The notes under the pieces were generated by a model. It ran no database searches. It was given only the letters and a program-made list of their open reading frames with translations, and was not told the origin of the DNA. A DNA stretch of 64,000 bases, from assembly GCF_001194135.2 (NCBI RefSeq), contig NC_068989.1, positions 12,752,202 through 12,816,201 of the forward strand. The letters run 5' to 3'. The position numbers and the translations under genes were made by a program. This DNA is from Octopus bimaculoides. Taxonomy: Eukaryota. Shown here in pieces: positions 53,386 to 64,000 of this stretch (positions within the stretch are counted from its first letter, which is position 1; each line of letters begins with the position of its first letter).

Positions 53386-53759
53386 GAGTCAACATTTTCC
53401 TTAAATATGCATAACGTTTTGCTTAGTCAGGTAACTACAAGAATCCATTAGACGATCACTTGTTAATGATTTACGATGGGCTATTTTTGTTGCTTTGTTG
53501 CTTATACAATTGTCATTTTTCATTGAAAGAATATGTGTACATGTTGTAATAGTTGTGATTCATACAACGATTTCTGTGTCGATGAAGCATCATCGCGGAT
53601 ATATTTCTGTGTGTAGTCTATCTAAATGCAACTTCCTTACATAGTCATGCAAATGGAATAAAGCAGACGACTCAGTACTGGTACGCAAGCAAATCACCGT
53701 GATACAACTATAATTTTACAACCATGTCTACATTCCATCACGGTGAGGTCAATATGAGG

Positions 53760-54340
53760 TGTTAAAATTTTCCAGAAAAGCTTGCCAGCGCATGTGCACT
53801 CGGTAGAAAATCCAGCAAGCCTGATACCAGTAGGTTTCAGGCATCATCAGGAGAGAATGCGCACCGTTTCGAGACCTTCCTCTCAACGACTTTACAACGC
53901 ACTGGCCTCCCTCACTGATGTGAGGACCCACACACTGTTTCAACTGACTACTATTCGACTTCATGTCCCTTTCGGAATCATCACATCTCTAACCAGGCTT
54001 AGTCATTCCTTTTCAACCATATCCAATGGTTAGCCCTTTCAACTGTCACTTGGATTTCCATCTTCAAGATGGTATATGATTGCCGATCTTGGGCAACAAT
54101 TGATAGGAGCTACGGCCCCAGTCTGGTCCCAAGAAAACCCGTACATCTAACTTCCACAGGAAAGTGTACAGCACTCCAACCAGCATCTGTAGTCTTCCAT
54201 AGTAGTCTCACAACACATATCCTTTCTGATCTGGGCTATAACTAAACCTCCTTCGTGTGGAACAATTGATTCAACAAGATGTATTATCTTTGGTTCCTCG
54301 CACCTCATAACTGAAGCAATGACATTACATGTAATTATCC
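53760..54340 (-). mobile_element. Probable decayed RTE-like LINE 3' region
   Basis: Mixed-composition island with broken frames containing ERDMKS...WVLTSVR; weak resemblance to an RTE C-terminus. Confidence 0.35.
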
Positions 54341-55339
54341 ACAGTGTACAGACTAAAAACATTTCATATTGATAATTTGTTACTCTATATATCGCTGAAA
54401 TTCGAGCAAGCTTAAAACATTATTATAAAATCTTTGTATAAACAATGGGAATTTTATCTAGGCGTCGTAAGTTAATCGAAATATATTTTAGAAGAAATAT
54501 GTTTTAAAAGAAATAACAATTTTGATTTTCGCTGATCTCAAAGAAATTATATAGTTTTAGTATTTTAAAGGCTTGTGGAAATGTTGATTTAGAATTTGTT
54601 TCATGCTTGTCATTTCGAAATACTGTTTACCATATGTCCATTTTCAGTACACGTCTACGAAATTTATGAAGCACTTCAACGTTACTCCTAGTTCACCTGT
54701 TTTGTATCTACAAGTATTGTTTACATTATGTTTGTTTCCTATCTTGCTTGCTGAAACAGTAAAGAAACTAGATTCGTTTGAGAAGCAGGATGTCAAACAG
54801 TACTTATATAATGTAAGAGCTTTACTTTTGATAAAATAAAATCCTGTGTAAGTAATGCAGCAATGACGATCTCTACCCATTCTCATCTAGTAAGATCAAC
54901 TTTCCTCCACTCGAATCTTTTGATACCCAAAGAATTCCGACGAATATACTATTACTACTGTAGCAATTTCATCGGACTACGAATGCCATATTGTTTTTAT
55001 ATATCTTAAAAAATATTGTTGTTTTACTTCGTCCGTTTCTTTTCTGCCTTTTCCGTAGCAAACCCCGGTAAAATTTTAGTTCAGTTCTTCGTACTTGATT
55101 AAATAGCTTGCGTATCCATCAGTCATATAATGCACAGTGTGTGCTAATGCGGATGTTTTGTGCCTCACCATTTTCCCTATTTCCGTTCACATAAACTAGG
55201 ATTTTTGATCGGGCTGTTAACATTTAACTGTTCTTGAGAATGACATAATTACTGGTATCGCTACAGAGTACACAAAACATACAATCTCTATCCCTCTGTC
55301 TGTCTCTCATGCTCACAATCTCTTCCCCTCTCTATCTTC

Positions 55340-55394
<55 letters not shown>

Positions 55395-55677
55395 ACGCGT
55401 ACGCGAAAGCGAAAGCATACACATTCTCCCACAATCTCTCTCTATCAATCTATTTATCTATCTATCTTTCCAGCATAGATTCTCTCTGAGATGCGAAAAC
55501 ACTCTCGCCCATAAATGTGCATTTTCGCACCATATACACATAAACAACAATACACTATAGTGTAGATCTCTCAAGCCATACCTATTTCTACCTATCCCTA
55601 TAAAGATAGCTTTTTACCGAAGGTAAAAAATTTTTTTTTTTCTTCGTTCAATTGTTCTATTTAATCCCTTCATTCCA

Positions 55678-55817
55678 TATTATTTACATTCGACGGATAT
55701 TTGTCCTCATCTTGTTTGTTGTTAACACAACGTTTCGGCTGATACACTCTCCAGCGTTCATCAGGTGTCTTGGGGGAAATTTCGAACCTGGGTTCTCATT
55801 TCTATGGTATTTTTCGA

Positions 55818-55857
<40 letters not shown>

Positions 55858-55862
55858 GTTCA
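55678..55862 (-). mobile_element. Family D element, 5'-truncated at (AAT)n; hammerhead motif at 55724-55769
   Basis: Minus strand: GACAC-CUGAUGA-A-CGCUG[GAGAGUGUAU]CAGCC-GAAAC-GUU-GUGUU, then GAGGACAAATATCCGTCGAATGTAAATAAT. Confidence 0.87.
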
Positions 55863-56821
55863 GTAGTTTTATTTTTATAACGTGCTTTCACTTCACNNNN
55901 NNNNNNNNNNNNNNNNNNNNNNNNNNNNNNNNNNNNNNNNNNNNNNNNNNNNNNNNNNNNNNNNNNNNNNNNNNNNNNNNNNNNNNNNNNNNNNNNNNNN
56001 NNNNNNNNNNNNNNNNNNNNNNNNNNNNNNNNNNNNNNNNNNNNNNNNNNNNNNNNNNNNNNNNNNNNNNNNNNNNNNNNNNNNNNNNNNNNNNNNNNNN
56101 NNNNNNNNNNNNNNNNNNNNNNNNNNNNNNNNNNNNNNNNNNNNNNNNNNNNNNNNNNNNNNNNNNNNNNNNNNNNNNNNNNNNNNNNNNNNNNNNNNNN
56201 NNNNNNNNNNNNNNNNNNNNNNNNNNNNNNNNNNNNNNNNNNNNNNNNNNNNNNNNNNNNNNNNNNNNNNNNNNNNNNNNNNNNNNNNNNNNNNNNNNNN
56301 NNNNNNNNNNNNNNNNNNNNNNNNNNNNNNNNNNNNNNNNNNNNNNNNNNNNNNNNNNNNNNNNNNNNNNNNNNNNNNNNNNNNNNNNNNNNNNNNNNNN
56401 NNNNNNNNNNNNNNTCCTCATCCTCTCTCTCTCTCTCCTTCTTTCTCTTAACACTCGTTTATAGCATTATCAATGCAATTCAATTGATATTGTTTGAAAG
56501 GAATATACTCTTCTTTGTAACTTTATAGTCAGAACCTCTTCACAACTTAAAAAATTCCTACAACCCTCCCGCCCCGACCTCCATCTCCACCAACTAAATA
56601 AACCTTGGCACTTAATTTTTCTCTCCGTGTTTTTTTTTTTTTCTATATTCAACATTCAACCTCTTCTCCAATCTATTGTTTACTCGACGAAACAAATATA
56701 CATAAAAACTATATAAAAATGCTCAACTGTGCAATATCAATAATTGCTCCCTTTAAGTAAAAACTGCGTTCACAAGGTTTTAGTCGTCGTTAGTTTAGCT
56801 GAAAGGGAGTGATAATCTCAA

Positions 56822-56860
<39 letters not shown>

Positions 56861-58282
56861 GCGCGCGTGAGATGAGTATGCCCTCTGTGTGTAAATGTGC
56901 ATAATTGTTTTAGTATCAGAAGTATGTGCGGGTATGTTTATGTGTTAGTGTGTGAGTCAGTCCATACTCACGCATCTGAGAAGATGTATTATCTGTTTGT
57001 GTGTGTATATGTGTGGAAACTGAATGCGGTGGAGGAAGAGGTTGTGTGTATTTAAGTGTGGAGAAATGCATGTGGAAGTGAAAACAGTGTGCAACTATGC
57101 ATGTGTATGATAATATTGGGATTATACGTTGGTGTGTAATTATACTATGAAGTAGTAAATGTGTGTGTATTTGTGTATGTGTGTTTGTATATTTGTGTGT
57201 ATTCTTCTGTGCACGCGAGGGAGTGTTTACGGCGATGTGCAATTGTATATTCTTGTTGTGTTTTTGTGAATGAATGAGTTGAGTGGTTTAGGAGTTATTG
57301 AAGGTGAAGGGAAGTGACTATACGAGTTTGTGCGGTATGAGTGTCTGATTGAATGTGAAGCTATAAATCGTTGTATGTTTGTGTGCTTGTGCGTGTATGT
57401 TTGTGTGTGTGTGTTTGTGTTTGTGTGTTCATAATACGCGCATTTCTGTGTCCATGCATGTATGTATGTTTTATCTCATGCACCTGTGAGTATTAGTTGT
57501 TAAGTGGATGAATTTGAAGGATGGCTACAAGTGTATAGGAAGACGAGAATAAGTAGAGGATATCTGTTAGAATTATCGGGACCGAAAGAATGAGATGTGA
57601 CAACAAGATGATGTAGAGAGGAAGATAGCGAGAGGTTGAGACAGGAAGAAGAATGAAGGAATGCAGAGGGAGAGGGGGAGATAGAACCAGGACTTCACAG
57701 AATGGGTTGGATAAATGTGAGGAAAACATAGAAGAATTAGGAATGGCATTGGATAGAAGAAAAAGAGCGAACATGAGGACTAACAAAAAAGGATTGGAAT
57801 ATGGAAGGAAAAGAAAAAATAAGAAAATGAGAGTATAATGTGAGAAAATAGCTAATCACTCCCTATTACTCTTCTATCTTTCTTTATCGCTGTGTGTATG
57901 TATATATAATTATATATATACATAAACACACACATGTATATATATACANNNNNNNNNNNNNNNNNNNNNNNNNNNNNNNNNNNNNNNNNNNNNNNNNNNN
58001 NNNNNNNNNNNNNNNNNNNNNNNNNNNNNNNNNNNNNNNNNNNNNNNNNNNNNNNNNNNNNNNNNNNNNNNNNNNNNNNNNNNNNNNNNNNNNNNNNNNN
58101 NNNNNNNNNNNNNNNNNNNNNNNNNNNNNNNNNNNNNNNNNNNNNNNNNNNNNNNNNNNNNNNNNNNNNNNNNNNNNNNNNNNNNNNNNNNNNNNNNNNN
58201 NNNNNNNNNNNNNNNNNNNNNNNNNNNNNNNNNNNNNNNNNNNNNNNNNNNNNNNNNNNNNNNNNNNNNNNNNNNNNNNNNN

Positions 58283-58697
58283 TTCCTCTTGTACTTGTTT
58301 CAGTCATTTGACTGCGGCCATGCTGGAGCACCACCGTTAGTCGACCAAATCAACCCCCAGGTCTTATTCTTTGTAAGCCAAGTACTTATTCTATCAGTCA
58401 GTTTTGCCGAACCGCTAGATTACGGGGAGGTAAACACACCACCATCGGTTGTCAAGCAATGTTGGGGGGGACAAACACATACACACAAACATATACACAC
58501 ACATACATATATATATATATAGACATATATACGACGGGCTTCTTTCAGTTTCCATCTACCAAATCCACTCACAAGATTTTGGTCGGTCCGAGGCTATTGT
58601 AGAAGACAATTGCCCAAGGTACCACGCAGTGGGAATGAACCCGGAACCATGTGGTTGGTAAGCAAGCTACTTACCACAAAGCCACTCCTGCGCCTAT
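58283..58697 (-). mobile_element. CORE-type SINE family B
   Basis: Reverse complement: ATAGGCGCAGGAGTGGC...GGTTCCGGGTTCATTCCCACTGCGTGGTACCTTGGGCAA...GTAGATGGAAACTGAAAGAAGCCCGTCG. Confidence 0.9.
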
Positions 58698-59191
58698 GTA
58701 TAAATATATACTTATACATACACACACACATACACACATTCTTGATGACAATGTCTGTAAGCTTTACGTGACGACCTTTCCAACAACTGGTTGCGACATA
58801 CGAGCTACGTGAGCAAAGGAATGACAGAGATATGCATAAAATGGAATTGTGGAAAATGGAAAAGTCTGAAACTGAGCAGCAGCGGTCATAATTTAGCTGG
58901 CATGAGAGAAGAATGGTAAAGGGCCCCGTAAAAATATGATAGAAGAGAGGATTTGGATTAATAGTATGGATAATAAGAAAACGAATGGACATTATACAAA
59001 AAAACAAAAAAAAATGGTTGAAAATAAGGGAAGAAATGGAAGAAGGTTTAGTGAAAAAATGAAAATGACAATATGGAGTAAACGATCCAAAACTGGTTGC
59101 ACTTGAGCAGGGTAAAATCACAAATTTGGGTAAAGAACAATGTTTGAATGAATTGCTGGAACCGCTCTTAACCACTACGCCATATGCCCAT

Positions 59192-59284
59192 GGGCATGTG
59201 GTGTAGTGGGTAAGAGCGCTTGCTACTAACCCCAAGATTCCGAGTTCGATTCCAAGCAGTAACATGAACTTTAACAACAACATC

Positions 59285-59318
<34 letters not shown>

Positions 59319-59465
59319 TCGAAAAATACCTTAGGAATGAGAGCCCAGGTTCGAAATTTCCCCAAGACACCTGAAGAAGGCTGGAGCGTATTTGAGCCGA
59401 AGCCGAAACGTCGTGTTAACAACAAACAAGATGAGGACAAATATCCGTCGAATGTAAATAATGTA
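59192..59465 (+). mobile_element. Full-length family D element: tRNA head + (AAT)n + hammerhead tail
   Basis: GGGCATGTGGTGTAGTGG A-box, GAGTTCGATTCC B-box, (AAT)n at 59285-59316, hammerhead at 59366-59417. Confidence 0.9.
59366..59417 (+). ncRNA. Minimal type-I hammerhead ribozyme motif with canonical GUC site (59410-59412)
   Basis: Stem I GACAC/GUGUU, core CUGAAGA, stem II GGCU/AGCC, GAAAC-GUC with a palindromic ACGU replacing stem III. Confidence 0.68.
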
Positions 59466-59548
59466 TGATGCAGAATAGATCTAAAATGCGATAAAAGTAT
59501 TCCTGCGTAGGTAAGGTATGCAAGTCACTCTGTCTCTCTCTGTCTGTC

Positions 59549-59591
<43 letters not shown>

Positions 59592-59783
59592 TACACACAC
59601 CTCCACAGACAGACACACACTCATAAACGTTGATAGAGTAACAGACTTACATATATATATATATANNNNNNNNNNNNNNNNNNNNNNNNNNNNNNNNNNN
59701 NNNNNNNNNNNNNNNNNNNNNNNNNNNNNNNNNNNNNATATAGATAGATAGATAGGTTTCTTTATTAGCCACACAGGGCTTAT

Positions 59784-59827
<44 letters not shown>

Positions 59828-60965
59828 GACAAATATGCAGATTAACGTGATATGCAGAAAGTAATTCTGCAACATAATGCTTCAAAAACCTGTTGCAGGC
59901 AGCTTGAACGTTGTCTACTTCACAAGCAATTACTTGTTAAAATTAAATAATGACACACTCACACGTGTTTAATCTTATTGAAAACACACACACACACATG
60001 GGCATAAAGAGAGAGAGGGAGAGAGAGATAGAGAGAGAGTGCAAGAGAGAGAGGTAAGGAATATAGAGAGTGCAAGAGGGTGAGAGGGAGAATACCAATT
60101 GCACAAATGTCCAATCTGCAGATATTTGCACATGCACCGCATCTACTCAGATTCACACCCACACATTATATACGTGTGAGAATTTGAAGATAGCCATACC
60201 AGCGCATTCGCTCATACACTTGTACATATACAGATACATAAATACATGTGTCATGCTGTCACACACTCTTATATGTGCATAGACATGTATATGTGTGTAT
60301 GTATAAGTATTTCTGTATGCATGTAGGTGTACATATGTATATTTCTGTAATTGTAGCTATGTGCTTCTATGTGTGTGTGTGTGTTTATGCAAAGATAGAG
60401 CCATTCATAGATATACATAATTTGAAGTACATTTATAACAAATTATATATGTTTCCTCATGAACATCACAATGAAAGAAAAAAAAGCAACAGGTAAAAAT
60501 AAAAAAAAAACAACACCAAAAAACGATGCTTTCAGAAAATGAGAGCAGCATGAGATAGAGAGCATAAGAAGTTGGAAGAGGTAGTGAAAGACTGTGAGGA
60601 GAAGGCGGAGTAAAAGGAAGAAGAAATAACTCAAAAATGTTTTTATATTTCACAGAGCTAAATATGCATTCATTTAAAGTAGATGGATTTTAGTGTTCAG
60701 GAGGCCTAGCCACTGTATATAATCGCATAATCTATTTCCGATGGAAAAATGTATTATATATTAGCATCAACTCTGGACGATACTATAACTGGGTCGACGT
60801 CGTTGTTGTTGTTGTTGTTGCTTCTTGAAAAAAATCATCGCTCACCGACCTGTCCGATATTCAAACGCATTCCGACTCTGGCCGGCCAACTTGTTTTATA
60901 GATGGTCTACTTTATCCAATGTGACTTTTTTTTAAAGATACAACTATGTGAATTCCAGTACCATG

Positions 60966-61004
<39 letters not shown>

Positions 61005-61444
61005 GCTCTATTTATATACCTACCCGTTCTATCTTGTCTTTTTTATCAATCTCTTTAATCTCTGTCTATCTATCTATGTATCTACCCATTTAATTATGTC
61101 ATACTACGCGGTTATGTGTATGTGTGTGTTTTTATTTGCTCACATAAACTACATATCTATACCTTCATATGTTTTTTTTTGTGTTACCCTGCATCTTCCA
61201 ATATATTTCTTTTTTCACCCAAATTCGTGATTTTAACCTCCATCGTACCACCACCTTTCAGTCTCTTCACAATATTCCATTCTCACATTTCCACTACACC
61301 TTTCCATGTAATCCCTTTATTTTAACAGCTCGTTGTTCGACTGCAGCAGAAGCTTCTTACTCTAGCAAGGGAAATAAACATTTTTTTCTCTCTCAAAGGC
61401 ACAAATAACCTTGTTAAATCTAGATGGTACTAACATGTAATTAT

Positions 61445-61830
61445 CATTATTACGGCCGCGTTCCAATCCGGGTCACGACAACAAAAAATCCGTCTGCCAT
61501 ACTTATTGGTCCATCATCACTGCCTCTAGGTCCTGGTTATTTTGCTGGCCAGTGTCTGCAATCAAGTTGTCGATGTAAGCGTGAAGTTTTCATCTTGCAT
61601 CACCATGAGGTGGATTCCACATGACTAATACGGATGCTCCCAGTTCAGGGTGGAGCATGCAGTGACCAGACAGATAATCGCAGTCGGTTTAACTGACCAT
61701 CTCGCTAACTTTCAGCAAGCCCCCATAACACAACCGCCTTTGGTTCTCTTTCTGAATGTTATCAACAACACATGCTTAACAGTACATATGCGACGTGGGC
61801 AAAGCATAGTCAGATACAGAGAGTGAGCTT
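61445..61830 (-). mobile_element. RTE-clade LINE 3' end (decayed)
   Basis: LSGHCMLHPELGASVLVMWNPPHGDAR*KLHAYIDNLIADTGQQNNQDLEAVMMDQ*VW matches the RTE-type AGHC.RHPE..LWEP.HG...TYIDNL..DTG...AM.DR..W C-terminus. Confidence 0.8.
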
Positions 61831-62642
61831 TGCAGAAGTGTTATTGTTTCACTATCAGTAAAGACACCAATATCTTGCTCAAATACCGTCAAGCACTTAG
61901 CCCGGCGTGCTAACTTTTCTGCCAGCTCATTGCTTTGAAGATTACATATATTGACGCATCTTCATGTGTGGGAGATAAAGCACTTAAGTTATATATCTCT
62001 GACGAAATTCCTGAAAGGGAATCTGTTAAAGAATTTGTGTATGAAGTTGCATTGAGATTCCATCGCAGAGATGGGTAACCTGAAAAAATCTAAGCTGCTT
62101 CTTTTTCCTTCTCATCACTAAATTATACTTGCATTCCACGACTATAAGCGATTCAATAGAAAATTAATTTGGAAGTTTTTTTAAATTCGCATATTTGCTT
62201 AAATATGTTATGCACCTTAATAAAAAGATAGAGAAAGGAAAATAAACATACACAAAACATACACACATACACACTCACAAACACATACACACTCACAAAC
62301 ACATACACCTAAACACATACACCTAAACACATACACATACACACACACACACGTGCAGTAATTTTGTATGTACGTGTATGTATGTGGTTCAATTTCATGT
62401 CAAGCCACGTAAACAAAAACATATGCCATTGCTTATGACTTGATAATGAAATATCACTTTACAAAACATTTTCAGAAAATATATTAACGCATTGTTGCCA
62501 TGTTAGACTTCCATCATTTGTGTTGTCCATTGGCATATACAAAAGTAACTTTCCTGTCAATTCCCCTCTTTTTGGTTCTCGTCTTCTCGCACGCTTTGTA
62601 TAAAGTTCTGTATAAATTTCTATAAATTTTAGACTAATTATC

Positions 62643-63090
62643 TATTTCTTTATTGCCTACATGGTGCTAAACATAGAGGGGACAAACAAGGACAGGCAAA
62701 GGGATTAAGTCGATTACATCGAATCCAGTATGCAGCTGGTACTTATTTAATCGACCCCGAAAGGATGAAAGGCAAAGTCGACCTCGGCGGAATTTGAACT
62801 CAGAAAATAAAGTCAGTCGAAATAACGCTAAGCATTTCGCCCAGCGTGCAAACGTTTCTTATTTCTTTATTGCCCACAAGGGGCTAAACACAGAGGGGCC
62901 GAACAAGGATAGACAAAGGGATTAAGTCGATTACATAGTCTCCAGTGCGTAACTGGTACTTAATTTATCGACCCTGAAAGGATAAAAGGCAAAGTCGACC
63001 TCGGCGGAATTTGAACTCTGAACATAGCGACGGGCGAAATACCGTTATGTATTACGCCCGGCGTGCTTAACGTTTCTGCCAGCTCGCCGC
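62643..63090 (-). mobile_element. Head-to-tail dimer of SINE family A (variant 1)
   Basis: Units 62643-62859 and 62860-63090, joined at AACGTTTCT|TATTTCTTTATTGCC. Confidence 0.92.
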
Positions 63091-63234
63091 TTGGGCTTTT
63101 AAAGCTGATTATTATAATAGCGTTATCTTCATCATCTTCATCATTATCATCACTGTCGTCGTCGACATTATCTTCATCGTCATCATCATCATAACCACCA
63201 CCATCATCATCATCATCATAATCGTCGACTTATT

Positions 63235-63534
63235 CTTCGTAAGCCTCGTAATTCTTCTATTGGTTCTGTTACAGAACCGTTAAGTTACGGGGGACGTAAA
63301 CATAGCAGCATCGGTTATCAAGCGATGTTGGGGGGATAATCTTACATACACATATACACACATATATATAATCAAATACAGGTAATAAACCTCATTAAGG
63401 GATCATTATTCACCTCTCCATTTTCCCCTCATTCTTTATATTTATACATACAAAGGTGCAACGCAGTGGGACTGAACCCGGAGCCATGAAGTTGGTAAGC
63501 AAGCTACTTACCACACAGCCACTCCTGCGCCTAT
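63235..63534 (-). mobile_element. CORE-type SINE family B (internally deleted or interrupted)
   Basis: GCAGTGGGACTGAACCCGGAGCCATG..AAGCTACTTACCACACAGCCACTCCTGCGCCTAT matches 58283-58697. Confidence 0.85.
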
Positions 63535-63854
63535 ATGTATGTGTGCTGTAAGCTACGCGTATATTAGAGTTCAGTTAAGTGCTTTATATAGGTATGTGCC
63601 TGTATGTGTGTATCTGTGTGTGTGTGTTTAGCTGTATTTGTACGTATGTGTCGATAGGTAGTGGGAGCAGCGGAGTTCGACTGAGTGCATCTAGTGTTCC
63701 TTTCCACTTTATATCTCAATAGGAATGATGTTGAATTGATGCAGACAATGTTAATTGGGTGAAAGTGCTTGACTTGATGATATCACCCTCTTCACCCTAA
63801 CCCTTCCTTTCACACCGTCTTAGTAATCCGACCCCGCCCCTTCCTTCTACCGCC

Positions 63855-64000
63855 ACTCACCGCCATCATCACCACCACCAAATTCAAACCCACCACCATC
63901 ACCTACAACAGCAGCAGCACCACCACCACCATCAACAACATCATCACAATAACTCCCACCGCCACCTCCTCCTCCACCACCACCACCACCACCACCACCA
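63855..64000. repeat. (CAC/CAT/CAA/CAG)n compound trinucleotide tract running off the window end
   Basis: Direct. Confidence 0.9.

Noticed and set aside
58594-59370. 258-aa minus-strand ORF, the longest gap-free ORF
   Set aside because: It runs antisense across the family D element, its microsatellite, a purine-rich tract and a family B SINE. It is a mosaic with no domain signature.

Overview
AT-rich (low-GC), microsatellite-dense eukaryotic genomic DNA with about 15 N-gaps, most of them flanked by (AT)n or (AG)n. The repeat families match my recollection of coleoid cephalopod (Octopus-like) sequence; this is inference, not a database result. I can identify no known protein-coding gene, rRNA, genuine tRNA or CRISPR array. 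Almost all ORFs in the supplied track are microsatellite, gap or repeat artefacts. The window is an intron or intergenic stretch filled with several tRNA-headed SINE families, three kinds of mariner remnant, and decayed LINE fragments (R4/Dong, CR1-like, RTE-like). A few exon-shaped segments on the + strand may belong to an unidentified transcript. The most interesting signal is a SINE-like family with the layout Pol III A/B-box head, (AAT)n, then a minimal type-I hammerhead ribozyme motif (GACAC-CUGAWGA-A-stem II-GAAAC-GUY-GUGUU). It occurs four times at three loci, and two loci carry Penelope-style inverted junctions. This suggests a Pol III-driven, ribozyme-bearing non-autonomous retroelement mobilised by Penelope-like machinery. 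Other unexplained structures are a 150-bp inverted duplication, a 39-bp minisatellite derived from a CORE-SINE, a perfect 30-bp palindrome and a CTCGTAC motif cluster.
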